Assembly (NCBI GenBank): GCA_947629045.1
Contig: CANRCF010000003.1
Coordinates: 3,530-67,529, forward strand
Source of the DNA: an uncultured Clostridia bacterium
Lineage (GTDB): Bacteria; Bacillota; Clostridia; TANB77; CAG-508
Direction of reading: 5' to 3'
Length of the DNA: 64,000 bases
Shown here: piece by piece, positions 30,199 to 41,830 of the stretch
Layout of the letters: each line of letters opens with the position of its first letter
How positions within the stretch are numbered: position 1 is the stretch's first letter
Made by a program: the position numbers and the translations under genes
The notes under the pieces: model-generated
Seen by the model: only the letters and a program-made list of their open reading frames with translations
Told to the model about the DNA's origin: nothing
Database searches by the model: none

Positions 30199-32916
30199 TT
30201 ATAGGCTTCCTATTCTCTCCTCAACTTTAGCAAGCATATCTTTATATTTTGCAAGCTTTTCTTTTTCTTCATTTATCTTTGCTTCTGGTGCTTTATTTAC
30301 AAAGCCCGGATTAGAAAGCATTTTTTCAGCTCTTTCAACTTCTGAAATTAACCTTTCTCTTTCTCCTTCAAGTCTTTTCTTTTCTGCTTCAATATCTACT
30401 AATTCTTCAAATGGTAAATATACTTCAATTCCATCTTCTAGTACTGACACAGCATTTGCTGGAATATCTTGTTTTTCCTCTTTACAAATAATCTCATTTG
30501 CAAATGCTAATTTTTGTATCATACTTTCAGAGGTTTTTATCATTTCTGTACAAGTTTTTGTTACAAATATAAGCTTTGATTTTTTGCTTGGATGTACATT
30601 TAAGTTTGTTCTTAAATTTCTAATTCCTGTAATTATATTTTTTAATTTTTCTATTTGTCCTTCTTCTTTTTCAAAGTCTTCTAATTTTGAATTTTCTTTT
30701 TCAAATGATGTAGGTACTGACTCTTCTGGCCACTTAGAAATCATAATGCTTTCATCATTGTGGTAAAGCTCCATATAAATCTTTTCTGTAACAAATGGCA
30801 TAACTGGATGTAATAGTTTTAGAGCATCTTTTAATACTTTATTTAATGTATACTTAGCAGAAAATTTAGTTGTACAATTTTCATCATAAAGACGAGGTTT
30901 TACCATTTCAATATACCAGTCGCAAAATTCATTCCAAATAAAGTCATATATTTTTTGTGTTGCAATTCCTAATTCAAAGTTTTCTAGGTTGTTAGTTACT
31001 TCTTTTGATAATTTACTTAATTTTGATAATATCCATTTGTCCTCATAGCATAAGCTATTTCCTAGTTCATTTTTATCGATATTTTCTAGTAAGCTTTCAT
31101 CTGCAAATGCTTTCTTTTCCTCCTCGCTTGAATTTTGCAAATTGCTTAAAACGAATTTAGATGCATTCCACAATTTGTTTGCAAAGTTAGATGCTGATTC
31201 TAGTTTTTCTGGCATATATCTAATATCGTTTCCTGGTGAAATTCCAAGTACTAATGAAAATCTTAAAGCATCTGTTCCATACTTGTCTATTACTTCTAAT
31301 GGGTCAATACCGTTTCCTAAACTCTTAGACATTTTTCTTCCTTGGCTATCACGCACAATACCATGAATAAATACATTTTCAAATGGTGCTTTTCCTGTAT
31401 GCTCCATAGCAGAAAAAATCATTCTTGCAACCCAGAAGAATATAATATCATAACCTGTAACTAATGTGCTAGTAGGGTAAAAATACTTAAAGTCTTCTGT
31501 ATTTTCTGGCCAGCCAAGTGTTGAAAATGGCCATAAAGCTGAACTAAACCATGTATCTAAGGTGTCTTCATCTTGTTTTAAATGTGTACTTCCACATTTT
31601 GAACATTTTTCAGGTGCTTTTTCTGCTACATTTATGTGTCCACATTCTTCACAATAATATGCCGGAATTCTATGTCCCCACCAAAGCTGTCTTGATATAC
31701 ACCAATCTTGAATATTTTCCATCCAGTTATAATAGATTTTATCAAATCTTTCTGGAATAAATTTTGTTTTACCCTCTCTTACTACTTCTATTGCAGGTTT
31801 AGCAAGTGGCTCCATTTTAACGAACCATTGCTCAGATATTTTTGGCTCAATAGTGTGATGACAACGATAGCATTTTCCTACATTGTGGTTATAGTCTTCT
31901 ATTTTTAATAAGTATCCTTCTTTATCTAGCTTTTCTACTATTTTTTGTCTTGCTTCATAAAGGTCCATTCCCTTAAATTCTGGATACAAATTTCCCATTT
32001 TGAAGTTTTCATCAAATACTTCTATTATTTCTAATCCATGTTTTAGCGCAGCTTGGTAGTCATTTACATCATGTGCAGGGGTTAGTTTAACAGCACCAGT
32101 ACCAAATTCTTTTTCTACAAATTCATCTGCTATTACTGGAATTTCTTTATTCATAATTGGAAGTATAACTGTTTTTCCTATTATACTTTTATACCTTTCA
32201 TCTTCTGGATGAACTGCAACACCTGTATCTCCAAGCATTGTTTCAGGTCTTGTTGTAGCTACAATAACATATTTTCCTTCTTCACCTTTTACAGGATATT
32301 TAATATACCATAAATGAGTTGGTTCTTCTTCATATTCTACTTCTGCATCTGAAATTGAAGTATCACAATATGGGCACCAGTTTATCATTCTTTTTCCACG
32401 ATAAATAAGCCCTTTTTCATAAAGCTTTACAAATACATATTTTACTGCATTTGATAAACCTTCGTCCATGGTAAATCTTTCTCTTGACCAGTCGCAAGAA
32501 CAACCTAATTTTTTTAATTGATTAAGAATAGTTCCACCATATTCTTCTTTCCATTGCCATGCTCTTTTTAAGAATTCTTCCCTACCTAGTTCTTCCTTTG
32601 TAGTTCCTTCTTCTTTTATTTTTTCTACTATTTTTGCTTCTGTTGCAATTGATGCATGGTCTGTTCCTGGAAGCCATAAAGTATTAAAACCTTTCATTCT
32701 TTTATATCTAATTAGAATGTCTTGTAAAGTTTCATCTAATGCATGGCCCATGTGTAATTTTCCAGTAATATTTGGTGGTGGAATTACTATTGTATATGGC
32801 TTTTTTGTTTTATCATTAGATGGTTTAAAATATTCTTTTTCCATCCAATTTTGATAAATTTCTTCTTCAAATTCTTTTGGAATAAATTTTCCTTCTAGCT
32901 CATGTTTTTCACACAT
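30199..32916 (-). CDS. valS: Valine--tRNA ligase
   Basis: [30 protein letters not shown]. Confidence 0.98.
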   Translation of the reverse strand: MCEKHELEGKFIPKEFEEEIYQNWMEKEYFKPSNDKTKKPYTIVIPPPNITGKLHMGHALDETLQDILIRYKRMKGFNTLWLPGTDHASIATEAKIVEKIKEEGTTKEELGREEFLKRAWQWKEEYGGTILNQLKKLGCSCDWSRERFTMDEGLSNAVKYVFVKLYEKGLIYRGKRMINWCPYCDTSISDAEVEYEEEPTHLWYIKYPVKGEEGKYVIVATTRPETMLGDTGVAVHPEDERYKSIIGKTVILPIMNKEIPVIADEFVEKEFGTGAVKLTPAHDVNDYQAALKHGLEIIEVFDENFKMGNLYPEFKGMDLYEARQKIVEKLDKEGYLLKIEDYNHNVGKCYRCHHTIEPKISEQWFVKMEPLAKPAIEVVREGKTKFIPERFDKIYYNWMENIQDWCISRQLWWGHRIPAYYCEECGHINVAEKAPEKCSKCGSTHLKQDEDTLDTWFSSALWPFSTLGWPENTEDFKYFYPTSTLVTGYDIIFFWVARMIFSAMEHTGKAPFENVFIHGIVRDSQGRKMSKSLGNGIDPLEVIDKYGTDALRFSLVLGISPGNDIRYMPEKLESASNFANKLWNASKFVLSNLQNSSEEEKKAFADESLLENIDKNELGNSLCYEDKWILSKLSKLSKEVTNNLENFELGIATQKIYDFIWNEFCDWYIEMVKPRLYDENCTTKFSAKYTLNKVLKDALKLLHPVMPFVTEKIYMELYHNDESIMISKWPEESVPTSFEKENSKLEDFEKEEGQIEKLKNIITGIRNLRTNLNVHPSKKSKLIFVTKTCTEMIKTSESMIQKLAFANEIICKEEKQDIPANAVSVLEDGIEVYLPFEELVDIEAEKKRLEGERERLISEVERAEKMLSNPGFVNKAPEAKINEEKEKLAKYKDMLAKVEERIGSL

Positions 32917-33013
32917 TTTATTTTCCTCCTACAAATTTTTTATATAAGAACCTCACCCACCAGCACAATCAAAGATTGTGGGTGGGTACCCGAGAACCTT
33001 GTTGTTTCACAAT

Positions 33014-33306
33014 AGAAAACCTCGTCCTTATTTGCTAAGGGCGAGGTTTAATGCGCGGTACCACCTTAATTTATTTAACTAGTTTAATTCGTTTTTTACA
33101 TACTTATTTATTAAATTTATATTTTAATTCTTAAAACTAATTAATATCTCCATTTACCTTTAACGCAAGTAATACGAATATATTTACTTTAAATTTCAAT
33201 ATATCAACTCCAAAGCTACCTTCAGTTTTCTTTTCTATTAGAAGCTTTCAGCTAGTAACTTCTTTCTCTTTTATAGATAGTTTAAACTTACTCCTCTTTT
33301 TCTCAG
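33014..33306 (-). promoter_or_regulatory. T-box riboswitch leader of valS
   Basis: T-box AAGGTGGTACCGCG (33054-33067), terminator AAACCTCGCCCTTA..TAAGGACGAGGTTTT, stem I with GCTGAAAG and probable GTA (Val) specifier. Confidence 0.88.
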
Positions 33307-33490
33307 TTTTTAATTTTATTTTTTAATATTTCTATTTTTTTATATAAACTCTATTTTCAATTTTTATTTAAGTATTATTTTTTATGATGTTTATTATTTT
33401 AACACGTTTTTTATATAATATCAATATTTTTTATTGATTTTGATATTTTCTAGTTGTATGTTTAATGTTTTCTAGTACTTTAGTTTAAAT

Positions 33491-33679
33491 TTATGAAATT
33501 ATTATTACAAAAGCTCCAACCATTGAAAGTATAAAACCTATAATTTTAAGTCCCATACTTGCTTCATTTTGGTCACCAAAGCCAAATAATCTTTTTGTAA
33601 TTACTCTTGCATCAAATATGCAGATTACACCTAATAATAAAATTAACATTCCTACTATTTTTAAAATAATTTGTAACAT
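33491..33679 (-). CDS. Small membrane protein (2 TM)
   Basis: 62-aa hydrophobic ORF with AGGAAG RBS. Confidence 0.6.
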   Translation of the reverse strand: MLQIILKIVGMLILLLGVICIFDARVITKRLFGFGDQNEASMGLKIIGFILSMVGAFVIIIS

Positions 33680-33816
33680 TTTTTCTTCCTTTTTATATTT
33701 TTCTATTAATTATTATCTTTTGTGTTTTCTATATATTTTTATACAAGTATATGTAATTTGTGTTTATATATATTTTTATACAAATATGTAATTTGCGTTC
33801 ATATCTTTAAATTATA

Positions 33817-34686
33817 CTAGAAAAATTCTACTGTGTATTTACATTCAAATGATTCATCTGGCTTTAATGATATAATATCTGGTTTTTGTGTAAATACGCC
33901 AGAACTTTTTATATTATCTGCTGTTGAATACCATGGTTCTATGCAAATAAATGGAGCATTTGGTTTTGACCAAATTGCTAAGTATGGAAAACCAGTAAAA
34001 TCCATAGTAAATAGTCTTTTTCTTGTAGCAGAATTTATTAAGCTTATTTTATTTGATGTAATGCTTTTCATAATTAAAGCATCGTCATCAAATGTATGGG
34101 CATCTAATGGAATATATCTTTTTTCTACAACTCTATTTTGTGCATAGTCTGTTCCAACTAAACCATCTACTAAATATAGGAAATGTATTTTTTCTTCGTC
34201 TTTCTCAAATTCCAAATAATAATTACCATTTTTTAAATCTTCTGCATCTATTTTAAATGCTGGATGTCCACCAATACCAAATGGTAGATTAATTAATCCA
34301 GTATTTACAACTTTATAAATTGTTGTCAATTTATTTTCTTCTGTACGATAGGTATTATATAATTCAAATTCATATGGATACTTTAATAATGTATATTTAT
34401 TACTCTTTAACACATAAGAATGAAAATTATCTAATTTTGTAATCGGTTCAAATTCTAAATCTCTTGCAAAGCCATGTTGCATAAGTTCATAAGTTCTTCC
34501 TCCAATTAGCGTTTTGTTTTTCTTTAGTTTTCCTACTATTGGAAATAATACAGGAGAGTGCCTTTTCCAATATACTTTTCCGTTTTCGTCAACAACGGTT
34601 TCTCCTTGGTGTATTTTTTCTTCGCCATTAACTTTAAAGCTGATTAGTTCTCCACCTTTTGATGATGTTAGCATTTGCGTATACAT
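33817..34686 (-). CDS. Aldose 1-epimerase family protein (LacX-like)
   Basis: SPVLFPIVG, QHGFARD, GGHPAF, FICIEPW. Confidence 0.9.
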   Translation of the reverse strand: MYTQMLTSSKGGELISFKVNGEEKIHQGETVVDENGKVYWKRHSPVLFPIVGKLKKNKTLIGGRTYELMQHGFARDLEFEPITKLDNFHSYVLKSNKYTLLKYPYEFELYNTYRTEENKLTTIYKVVNTGLINLPFGIGGHPAFKIDAEDLKNGNYYLEFEKDEEKIHFLYLVDGLVGTDYAQNRVVEKRYIPLDAHTFDDDALIMKSITSNKISLINSATRKRLFTMDFTGFPYLAIWSKPNAPFICIEPWYSTADNIKSSGVFTQKPDIISLKPDESFECKYTVEFF

Positions 34687-34993
34687 TGGACTTCTCCTTT
34701 CTTAATTTATAAATCCTTACATTCTGTAAGTAAAGTCGTTTTTTATATACATACTGATTGCAATATCATATGAAGCGATAATTACATATATATAATAGTG
34801 TTTTTTTATGTAAATGTCAAGCAATTTCTTTTAACAATTACAAATCAATCCATTTACTTTTAATTTTTAATAGTATATAATTTTATTATTGAAAGGTATT
34901 TAATTTTAATAATATTTATTTATAAAGTTATCAAAATTTATAGATATTTTAGAAAGGAGAATTTCGTATAATATAATTATACGAAGAATAATT

Positions 34994-36220
34994 ATGAATA
35001 AAAATAAATTAATTATATTAATAAGTATAATTGCTGTAATTGTAGTATTAGCAATTATAATCGCTTATATAGTTTTAAATGGAATTGGATCTTCTAGTAG
35101 TTCTTTAAATTCTCAAAATATTGGTAATATGGCAAGCGTTAATGAACCCTCTAATAGTCAAAACAATATGCAAACAGGAAATAGTCAAATGACAAATAAT
35201 GAAAATTCTATTACTATTGAAGGACCTCTACCTGAAATTCCTGAATATAATTTTTATTTTGAGCTTCCAATAAAAGGTGCTTCTGGTTATGCTTCTATTG
35301 AAATGGATATGTTAGATATTCCTAAATCTAGTACTGTTGTAAAAAAGCTTAATGCAGGTGATGGATTTAAAATTTTAGAAGAATATGAAAATTGGTGGAA
35401 AATTCAAATAGATAATGTACAAGGTTGGGTAGATACAACTTATTGTATGATTAATTTACCAGATATAATACCATCTATCATTTATGATAATACTAATAGT
35501 TATCAGTCTCTTTTTAAATCTTCTGGATTTAATATTGATAATATTACTGGTAAAAAACTTTATGATGTATACTTTTTTAATGAAAGGTTAGCTAAAAAAG
35601 AATATGTAATGCCTGTTATTTATTCTATGGCAAAAAAAATAATGACAGTTCAAAAGAATGCTTTGAAGGATGGATATTCTTTAAAAATATATGAAACTTA
35701 TAGACCTTATGATACTCAACAAAAAGTATGCACAAATTTAAAAGCTTTATTAAATTCAAATACTGATGTTTATGATGGAATTTATAGTGATGGTTGGAAT
35801 GAAAATTGGTTTATTAATTCTAATATTTCTGATCATCAGAAAGGTACTTCCATAGACGTTACCTTAGTAAAATATGAAAAATATGCTTTAATTACTTTAG
35901 GAAAATATAAATATGTGAATATCACAGATTATAATACATTAAGAATGCCAACTGGTATTCATGAATTAAGTAAAGATTCTGCTGTATTTAGAGAAAAAGT
36001 ATCTTCATCATCAAGTACAGAGTGGAAAAACGCAACTTTTGTAGAGACTATTACTGATGATGCAAAACGTTTGCAAAAATATTGTACTGATGCAGGTCTT
36101 GTCCCTATTGCTTCTGAATGGTGGCATTTTAGCGATGTTGAAAGTGCAAATGCAATTGGAGAAAAATATGGTACAGGTAAATATAAAATTAATAACTGTT
36201 TTAGTGTTGTTCCAGATTAA
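34994..36220 (+). CDS. Membrane-anchored SH3-like plus M15/VanX-type D-Ala-D-Ala peptidase domain protein
   Basis: N-terminal TM; WWKIQIDNVQGWV (SH3b-like); IYETYRP, SDHQKGTSIDVTL, SEWWHF. Confidence 0.75.
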   Translation: MNKNKLIILISIIAVIVVLAIIIAYIVLNGIGSSSSSLNSQNIGNMASVNEPSNSQNNMQTGNSQMTNNENSITIEGPLPEIPEYNFYFELPIKGASGYASIEMDMLDIPKSSTVVKKLNAGDGFKILEEYENWWKIQIDNVQGWVDTTYCMINLPDIIPSIIYDNTNSYQSLFKSSGFNIDNITGKKLYDVYFFNERLAKKEYVMPVIYSMAKKIMTVQKNALKDGYSLKIYETYRPYDTQQKVCTNLKALLNSNTDVYDGIYSDGWNENWFINSNISDHQKGTSIDVTLVKYEKYALITLGKYKYVNITDYNTLRMPTGIHELSKDSAVFREKVSSSSSTEWKNATFVETITDDAKRLQKYCTDAGLVPIASEWWHFSDVESANAIGEKYGTGKYKINNCFSVVPD

Positions 36221-36359
36221 TTTTTCTACAAAAATAATTAATAATTTATAAAAAGGAATCCAATTTTTAAATTTTGGATTCCTTTTATTTTTAAACAACA
36301 ATGTTCTTTTATTGTTTTACCATATTTTCATTAGTAATATATTTTTTATTAATTTATAT

Positions 36360-38552
36360 TTATAAAGATATACTTTGCTTTAATTTTTCATCTACTAATT
36401 TGCGAAGCTTTTGATTTTTTTCTTGCTTTAATCCTCTATCTTCCGCTTCTATTTTTAAAGCAACACTTTGAACAGATTTAAGCATTGGCATATCTACAAA
36501 TAAATTAGCAATTTTAAATTCAGGTAAGCCATGTTGCTTTGTTCCAAAAAATTCTCCTGTTCCACGAAGTTCTAAGTCTTTTTCTGCAATTACAAATCCA
36601 TCATTTGTTTCTTGCATTATTTTCATTCTTTCTTTTGCTACTTGTGAAGCTTGACTACTATATTTTAAAATACAATATGACTGATATTCTCCTCTACCTA
36701 CTCTACCTCTTAACTGATGAAGCTGTGCTAAACCAAACCTATCTGCATTTTCTACTACCATTACACTAGCATTTGGCACATTAACACCTACTTCAATTAC
36801 AGTAGTAGAAATTAAAATATCAATTTCTCCATTTTTAAATTTCTCCATAACTTCTTCTTTTTCTTTTGGTTTCATTTTTCCATAAACACAAGCTACTCTA
36901 AGATCTGGAAAAATTTGCTTTTGGTAAATTTCAGTCCATTCTTTTACTGCTTTTAAATCTGCCTTTTGCTTAAAAGCTTCTATCTTCATTTCTTCTATTT
37001 CTAATTGCCCTACTCCCTCAAAGTTTTCCTGTCCTTTTTGTTCGATACTTTTTAAGTTTACTCGCTCATTTATTTTTTCTTCTTTTAAACTTTCTTGTTC
37101 TTCTTCGTCTTCCTTTTCTTCAACTAGTGGGCATACAACATAAACTTGTCTACCTTCTTCAATGTTCTTTCGTATAAAATTATTTACTCTTTCCTCCATC
37201 CTTTTAGTTACTGCATATGTTTCAATCTTTTTCCTGTTTGGTGGAAGCTCATCAATAATAGATATGTCCAAATCTCCATATAAAATTAAAGCTAAGGTTC
37301 TTGGAATTGGTGTTGCAGTCATAACTAATACATCTGGGTGGTTTCCTTTGCTTGTAATTGTTTCTCTCTGCCTTACACCAAAGCGGTGTTGTTCATCTGT
37401 TACAACTAGCCCTAAATTTTTAAATATTACATTTTCTGTAAGTAGTGAATGTGTTCCAATTAAAACATCAATTTCACCATTTGCTAATTTTTCAGTAATT
37501 TCTAACTTTTGTTTTGGTTTTGTTGCACCTAATATTAGCTCGCATTTAATATTAAAAGGCTCTAATATTTTTTTGAACTCTTCAAAGTGTTGTGTTGCAA
37601 GAATTGCAGTTGGCGCCATTATTGCAACCTGAAAACCTGATTTTACTGCTTTATATGCTGAAATTATAGATACAACAGTTTTTCCAGAGCCAACATCACC
37701 CTGCAAAAGCCTATTCATTGGTTTATTAGATTCCATGTCATTATCTATTTCTTCTAATACTTTAAGCTGTGCTTTTGTTAATTTAAAAGGAAGTGAATTT
37801 ATAACATCTGACATTTTAACATCTTTACTAAATTTAATTCCTTCATAATCTTCAGTTTTTCCTTTTAACTCTAGAAGTGCAAGTTGCATAACAAGAAGCT
37901 CTTCAAATACAAGCCTTTTTCTAGCAGATAATCTATTTTCAATATTTGATGGGAAATGTATTTCTTGCAAGCTTTTTTGAAGGTCTTCTAAGTTATAACT
38001 TTTAAGTATATATTCTGGTAGTGTTTCTATCTCTTCTCCTTTTACCATTAAAAGTGCATTTTCTACTGCTTGTCTAATTGCAGTTTGTGATAGTTTATAT
38101 GTAGAAGGATAAATCGGCATTATTTTTCCAGTATTTTTTTCCTTACCTAATTCTTCAAATATCGGGCTATTCATTTCCAAATGATTTATTACTTTATTTA
38201 TCTTACCAAAAAATCGATAAGTTTCTCCTCTTTTAATTCTTTGCTTAATGTATGTTTGATTAAACCATGTAACAGTGCATCTTCCAGTATCATCTTCAAT
38301 AACTGTTTTTATAATAACCATATTTTTACGAATTCTAGTAATGTTTACTTCTGAAATAACTCTAGCCTGAATAGTTACTTCTTCGCCAGTTATTACATCA
38401 GCAATATTTTTTATTTTGCTTCTATCTTCATATTCTCTAGGAAAGTAGGTTAGTAAATCGCTTAATGTATATATGTTCAAATTATTTAATAGTGAGGCTT
38501 TCGTTGGACCTACTGATTTTACATATTGTACATTTTGTTTTAAATCTACCAT
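36360..38552 (-). CDS. recG: ATP-dependent DNA helicase RecG
   Basis: RLLQGDVGSGKT, DEQHRFG, MTATPIPRT, QLRGRVGRG. Confidence 0.97.
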   Translation of the reverse strand: MVDLKQNVQYVKSVGPTKASLLNNLNIYTLSDLLTYFPREYEDRSKIKNIADVITGEEVTIQARVISEVNITRIRKNMVIIKTVIEDDTGRCTVTWFNQTYIKQRIKRGETYRFFGKINKVINHLEMNSPIFEELGKEKNTGKIMPIYPSTYKLSQTAIRQAVENALLMVKGEEIETLPEYILKSYNLEDLQKSLQEIHFPSNIENRLSARKRLVFEELLVMQLALLELKGKTEDYEGIKFSKDVKMSDVINSLPFKLTKAQLKVLEEIDNDMESNKPMNRLLQGDVGSGKTVVSIISAYKAVKSGFQVAIMAPTAILATQHFEEFKKILEPFNIKCELILGATKPKQKLEITEKLANGEIDVLIGTHSLLTENVIFKNLGLVVTDEQHRFGVRQRETITSKGNHPDVLVMTATPIPRTLALILYGDLDISIIDELPPNRKKIETYAVTKRMEERVNNFIRKNIEEGRQVYVVCPLVEEKEDEEEQESLKEEKINERVNLKSIEQKGQENFEGVGQLEIEEMKIEAFKQKADLKAVKEWTEIYQKQIFPDLRVACVYGKMKPKEKEEVMEKFKNGEIDILISTTVIEVGVNVPNASVMVVENADRFGLAQLHQLRGRVGRGEYQSYCILKYSSQASQVAKERMKIMQETNDGFVIAEKDLELRGTGEFFGTKQHGLPEFKIANLFVDMPMLKSVQSVALKIEAEDRGLKQEKNQKLRKLVDEKLKQSISL

Positions 38553-38757
38553 GATTTTTTCCTTATAATTTATTTAGGTTTTTACTTTATGATAATGTTT
38601 CTTATTTTTCTATAATTTTATTTTCAAAGTTTGGTTTTGCCTATAAACCTTTGCTATATTTTATCAAAACTAGAAACATATTGCAAACACTTTTTTCTTC
38701 TATTTCCTTGTTATTTTAAATATAATGGTGTATAATAAATTTTAGTAAGTAATACAT

Positions 38758-39115
38758 GGGGATGTATTTGGTTTCGACAGTATACTAGAAATATCAATAG
38801 CGAGTAGTGGATTCTCACTTGGCCACTTTAATAATGTGAGAAATTAACAATAAACGCTGATAATAGAGAATTAGCATTCGCTGCCTAGGCGCAGCGTACG
38901 TCTTACTTTAGAGCCCACATCTTTAGATAAGGCGCCGATTTGTGGGAAACAAAATTATTTTGAGCTATCGAAATAATGGGTATTTTTAATAGCTACCTTT
39001 TTTATAAGCTTGTTTGTTAGGTTATAATTTAGGGAAATAAGAAAACAAACTGCACTCGGAGAATTTGATATGGAAGGTGTATTGGACAGGAGTTCGACTC
39101 TCCTCATCTCCACCA
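38758..39115 (+). ncRNA. ssrA: tmRNA; tag peptide (A)ADNRELAFAA*
   Basis: 5' GGGGATGTATTTGGTTTCGAC; 3' GGAGTTCGACTCTCCTCATCTCCACCA with G3:U pair; tag ORF 38856-38888. Confidence 0.95.
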
Positions 39116-39253
39116 ACAATTTATCTGTTCAAACTGATAGAACAGATAAATAGAAATATCATTCTAAAAAGGATGGTATTTTTTTAGTATGTACTATACC
39201 ATCCTACTAGTTTTGTATCATTTGTCAAAACTAAATTACAATAAATACATTTT

Positions 39254-40114
39254 TTACTTTAATTTTAATTTCTCATCCATCTCTTCTAATCTATGCACAC
39301 TACTATTGTTTTTTAATAATTGTAGTTGTTTTTTAGCAGTATTATTCAGCTTTACAATTCTTTCGCTTTGAGACATTCCACTATTTATCATTTCAGCATT
39401 TAAATTTTCAAGGTTTGCTAAAACAACTAAATGTAAAATATCTGTATAGTCTCGAATATTACCATCTAAATTAGGATTTTTATCTCTCCATTCTTTTGCT
39501 GTCATTCCAAATAGAGCAACATTTAAAACATCAGCTTCGTTTGCATATACATATTGCTTTTGCTTTTCAGTTAATGTTGGGACAATAAATTCTTTTATAC
39601 TATCTGTATGAATAATATAATTAGTTTTAGATAGTTCTCTTTTTACAGACCATTCAACTTTATTTTGATATGATTCATTAATTTTTAATCTTTCAAATTC
39701 GGTTATTAAATATAATTTAAATTCTGGACTTAACCAACTAGCAAATTCAAAAGCAATATCAGGATGTGCAAATGTTCCAATGCTATATCTACCACCTTTT
39801 GCAATAATTCCTATGCTATTTGTTCTTTTTATCCATTGTGTAGGCGACATAGCAAAAGAATTTTTTCCGTATTCAGTTTTAATTTGGTCGAATTCGACCA
39901 AATTAAAATTATAATTATGAAGTTGTTCCCAAAGACCTATATAATCTATTGTACTAACTCTTCTTAGCCAATTTTTTACAGTAAAAGATGGATCACTTGA
40001 ATTTTGATATTTAGCTAAATCAGTTAAGGAAATAAAGTCTGTTTTATCAATTCTAATAACACTTATAAGAGTATCTTTTACTATTATTTCTGTTTTTATA
40101 AGTTCATTTTTCAT
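39254..40114 (-). CDS. KilA-N domain-containing protein
   Basis: DFISLTDLAK, WLR, GLWEQLHN, GTFAHPDIAFEFASWLSPEFKLYLITEFERLK. Confidence 0.88.
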   Translation of the reverse strand: MKNELIKTEIIVKDTLISVIRIDKTDFISLTDLAKYQNSSDPSFTVKNWLRRVSTIDYIGLWEQLHNYNFNLVEFDQIKTEYGKNSFAMSPTQWIKRTNSIGIIAKGGRYSIGTFAHPDIAFEFASWLSPEFKLYLITEFERLKINESYQNKVEWSVKRELSKTNYIIHTDSIKEFIVPTLTEKQKQYVYANEADVLNVALFGMTAKEWRDKNPNLDGNIRDYTDILHLVVLANLENLNAEMINSGMSQSERIVKLNNTAKKQLQLLKNNSSVHRLEEMDEKLKLK

Positions 40115-40293
40115 AAATGAATATCACTTCCAATCTGTATGAATTTCGAATATATTATAAAACAGTTGTTTGCAATAGTCAAGTAAATTTTTAAATATAT
40201 ATTTTTTTAATAATTTGATAATATCTACATCAATGGCACCAACACATAAAAACCCACAGTCGCATTGTGACCGTGGGTATATTTTTTTAAGTT

Positions 40294-40869
40294 TTAAATG
40301 AAAGATAACAATTCTTGCAAATATTCGGTTGTCATTCCATATGCCGTTGACATTTTTCCATCTTCTAGATGAAGGAAATCTGAATATAAAATACTTATTC
40401 CTGCACATCTATCTAATGGATGTTGGTTAGCTAAATAATCTTCTAGTTTTTCGTCTGAAATTTTGTCCATACGCATTCTGGAAATATCGCAATTATTTAT
40501 TTTTTTGATAATTTCCTTACCATTAGCATATATAAGTGCATTTCCAGTGTAGGCATATATCTTATCGTCTCCTTCCATGGATTTAATAAGATTTCGTGCA
40601 GCTTCAATGCTTTTTGGTTTTCCATACATATTTCCGCGAAAAACTATGTTTTGGTCTGCAGCTACGATAATCCTTTCCCCCATATCAACAGTTTTTTCAA
40701 AAACCACATCAGCTTTTCTCATAGCGATTTCAGCTAATTGTTCTTCAAAACTTTTAGAGGTGTTAGGTGTTTCGTCTGCATTGCTTACAATAACTTCGAA
40801 AGGAATTTTTGCTCTTTTAAGCATTTCCTTTCTAACTTCTGATTGTGAAGCTAAAATTATTTTTACCAT
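40294..40869 (-). CDS. Maf-like nucleoside triphosphate pyrophosphatase
   Basis: IILASQSEVRKEML, VAADQ, YGKPKS. Confidence 0.8.
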   Translation of the reverse strand: MVKIILASQSEVRKEMLKRAKIPFEVIVSNADETPNTSKSFEEQLAEIAMRKADVVFEKTVDMGERIIVAADQNIVFRGNMYGKPKSIEAARNLIKSMEGDDKIYAYTGNALIYANGKEIIKKINNCDISRMRMDKISDEKLEDYLANQHPLDRCAGISILYSDFLHLEDGKMSTAYGMTTEYLQELLSFI

Positions 40870-41270
40870 TACACAAGCCTCCTAAACTCGTCTGTTAAAT
40901 CTTCTACATTGTCGTAGAAGATAACTTTTTGGGCCAAGTTGCTCATGGTTAAGGAAATGTCACTGCCAGTTTTTGCTATTACATAGATAGGTATACCCTT
41001 TGCATAAGCATAACCAGCTCCAATTCCTAGTCCAACACCTTTTTCAGAAAATTCGACAATTAACATATCGCACTTTTCCATAGCAGGAAAGGCATAGTCA
41101 ATCATTAACCTTGCACCTTCAGGTAGTACGGCTTCCCCATATTTTTCAACATCACGAGCCATTACTACATTTTCAATGTCTGCTTTTAAAAGTGCTTTTG
41201 TTAAATCATCAATTTTCTTTTTGTCTTCGTCGCCATCATGAAACTTCAATGACATAAAAGCTTTTTTCAT
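40869..41270 (-). CDS. Nucleoside 2-deoxyribosyltransferase-like protein
   Basis: MEKCDMLIVEFSEKGVGLGIGAGYAYAKGIPIYVIAK. Confidence 0.75.
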   Translation of the reverse strand: MKKAFMSLKFHDGDEDKKKIDDLTKALLKADIENVVMARDVEKYGEAVLPEGARLMIDYAFPAMEKCDMLIVEFSEKGVGLGIGAGYAYAKGIPIYVIAKTGSDISLTMSNLAQKVIFYDNVEDLTDEFRRLV

Positions 41271-41459
41271 TGCAATTCTTCCTTTCTTAAAATTTACATA
41301 TATCATATGCAGTCTAATATTATCAAATTTTGTCGAAATTTGCAATAATTTTAGGGACTATTTTATTTGCAATAGACTTGAAAAAATTACCAGAATATGC
41401 TACAATATATTTTATACACTTGAAATAGTGTAAAATCTTAGCAAAAAGAGGTAAGTCCA

Positions 41460-41714
41460 ATGTACACAGAACCCAAACACACTAACAGGATGGAGCAAGA
41501 GCTTCATGACGCAGCTTTAAAGCATGATCGTGTCTCAATAATCACGATTTCTGGTTTAAGGTCAAAGTTCATAACTCTTATGAGTGATTACTTTACTCAA
41601 AATGGAGTTACACTCAAAAGGAGTGAGCTTATCAATGGAGTAGGAATACCTGATTCTGATGTTATCGAAATCTGTTATTCGGATATTGCTAAAGTCGTCA
41701 GTGTGGTTGCTTAA
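41460..41714 (+). CDS. Orphan hypothetical protein (84 aa)
   Basis: TTGAAA-17-TACAAT promoter, GAGG RBS, CCCCAGCCA..TGGCTGGGG terminator. Confidence 0.55.
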   Translation: MYTEPKHTNRMEQELHDAALKHDRVSIITISGLRSKFITLMSDYFTQNGVTLKRSELINGVGIPDSDVIEICYSDIAKVVSVVA

Positions 41715-41830
41715 ATAAGCAGCAAACCTCAAAACCCCCAGCCATTAATTTGGCTGGGGATTTTTATTATAAAATAATATTTTTTTGTAATAATCTACAC
41801 TCTTGACCTAAGTTAGTTAGAGTGATTTTA

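Noticed and set aside
32945-32990. GC-rich hairpin between the T-box terminator and the valS start
   Set aside because: Single copy with no recognisable motif; a function cannot be supported.
33721-33805. Roughly 35-38-bp AT-rich tandem repeat that might be a CRISPR remnant
   Set aside because: About 2.3 adjacent degenerate copies with no spacers and no cas genes.
40124-40408. ORF overlapping the Maf 3' end, suggesting another frameshift
   Set aside because: The Maf ORF is full length (191 aa) and has no in-frame CGG; the overlap is a shadow ORF.
39116-41345. Prophage or integrative element at tmRNA
   Set aside because: Only KilA-N, Maf and NDT-like genes follow; no integrase or duplicated tmRNA 3' end was found.
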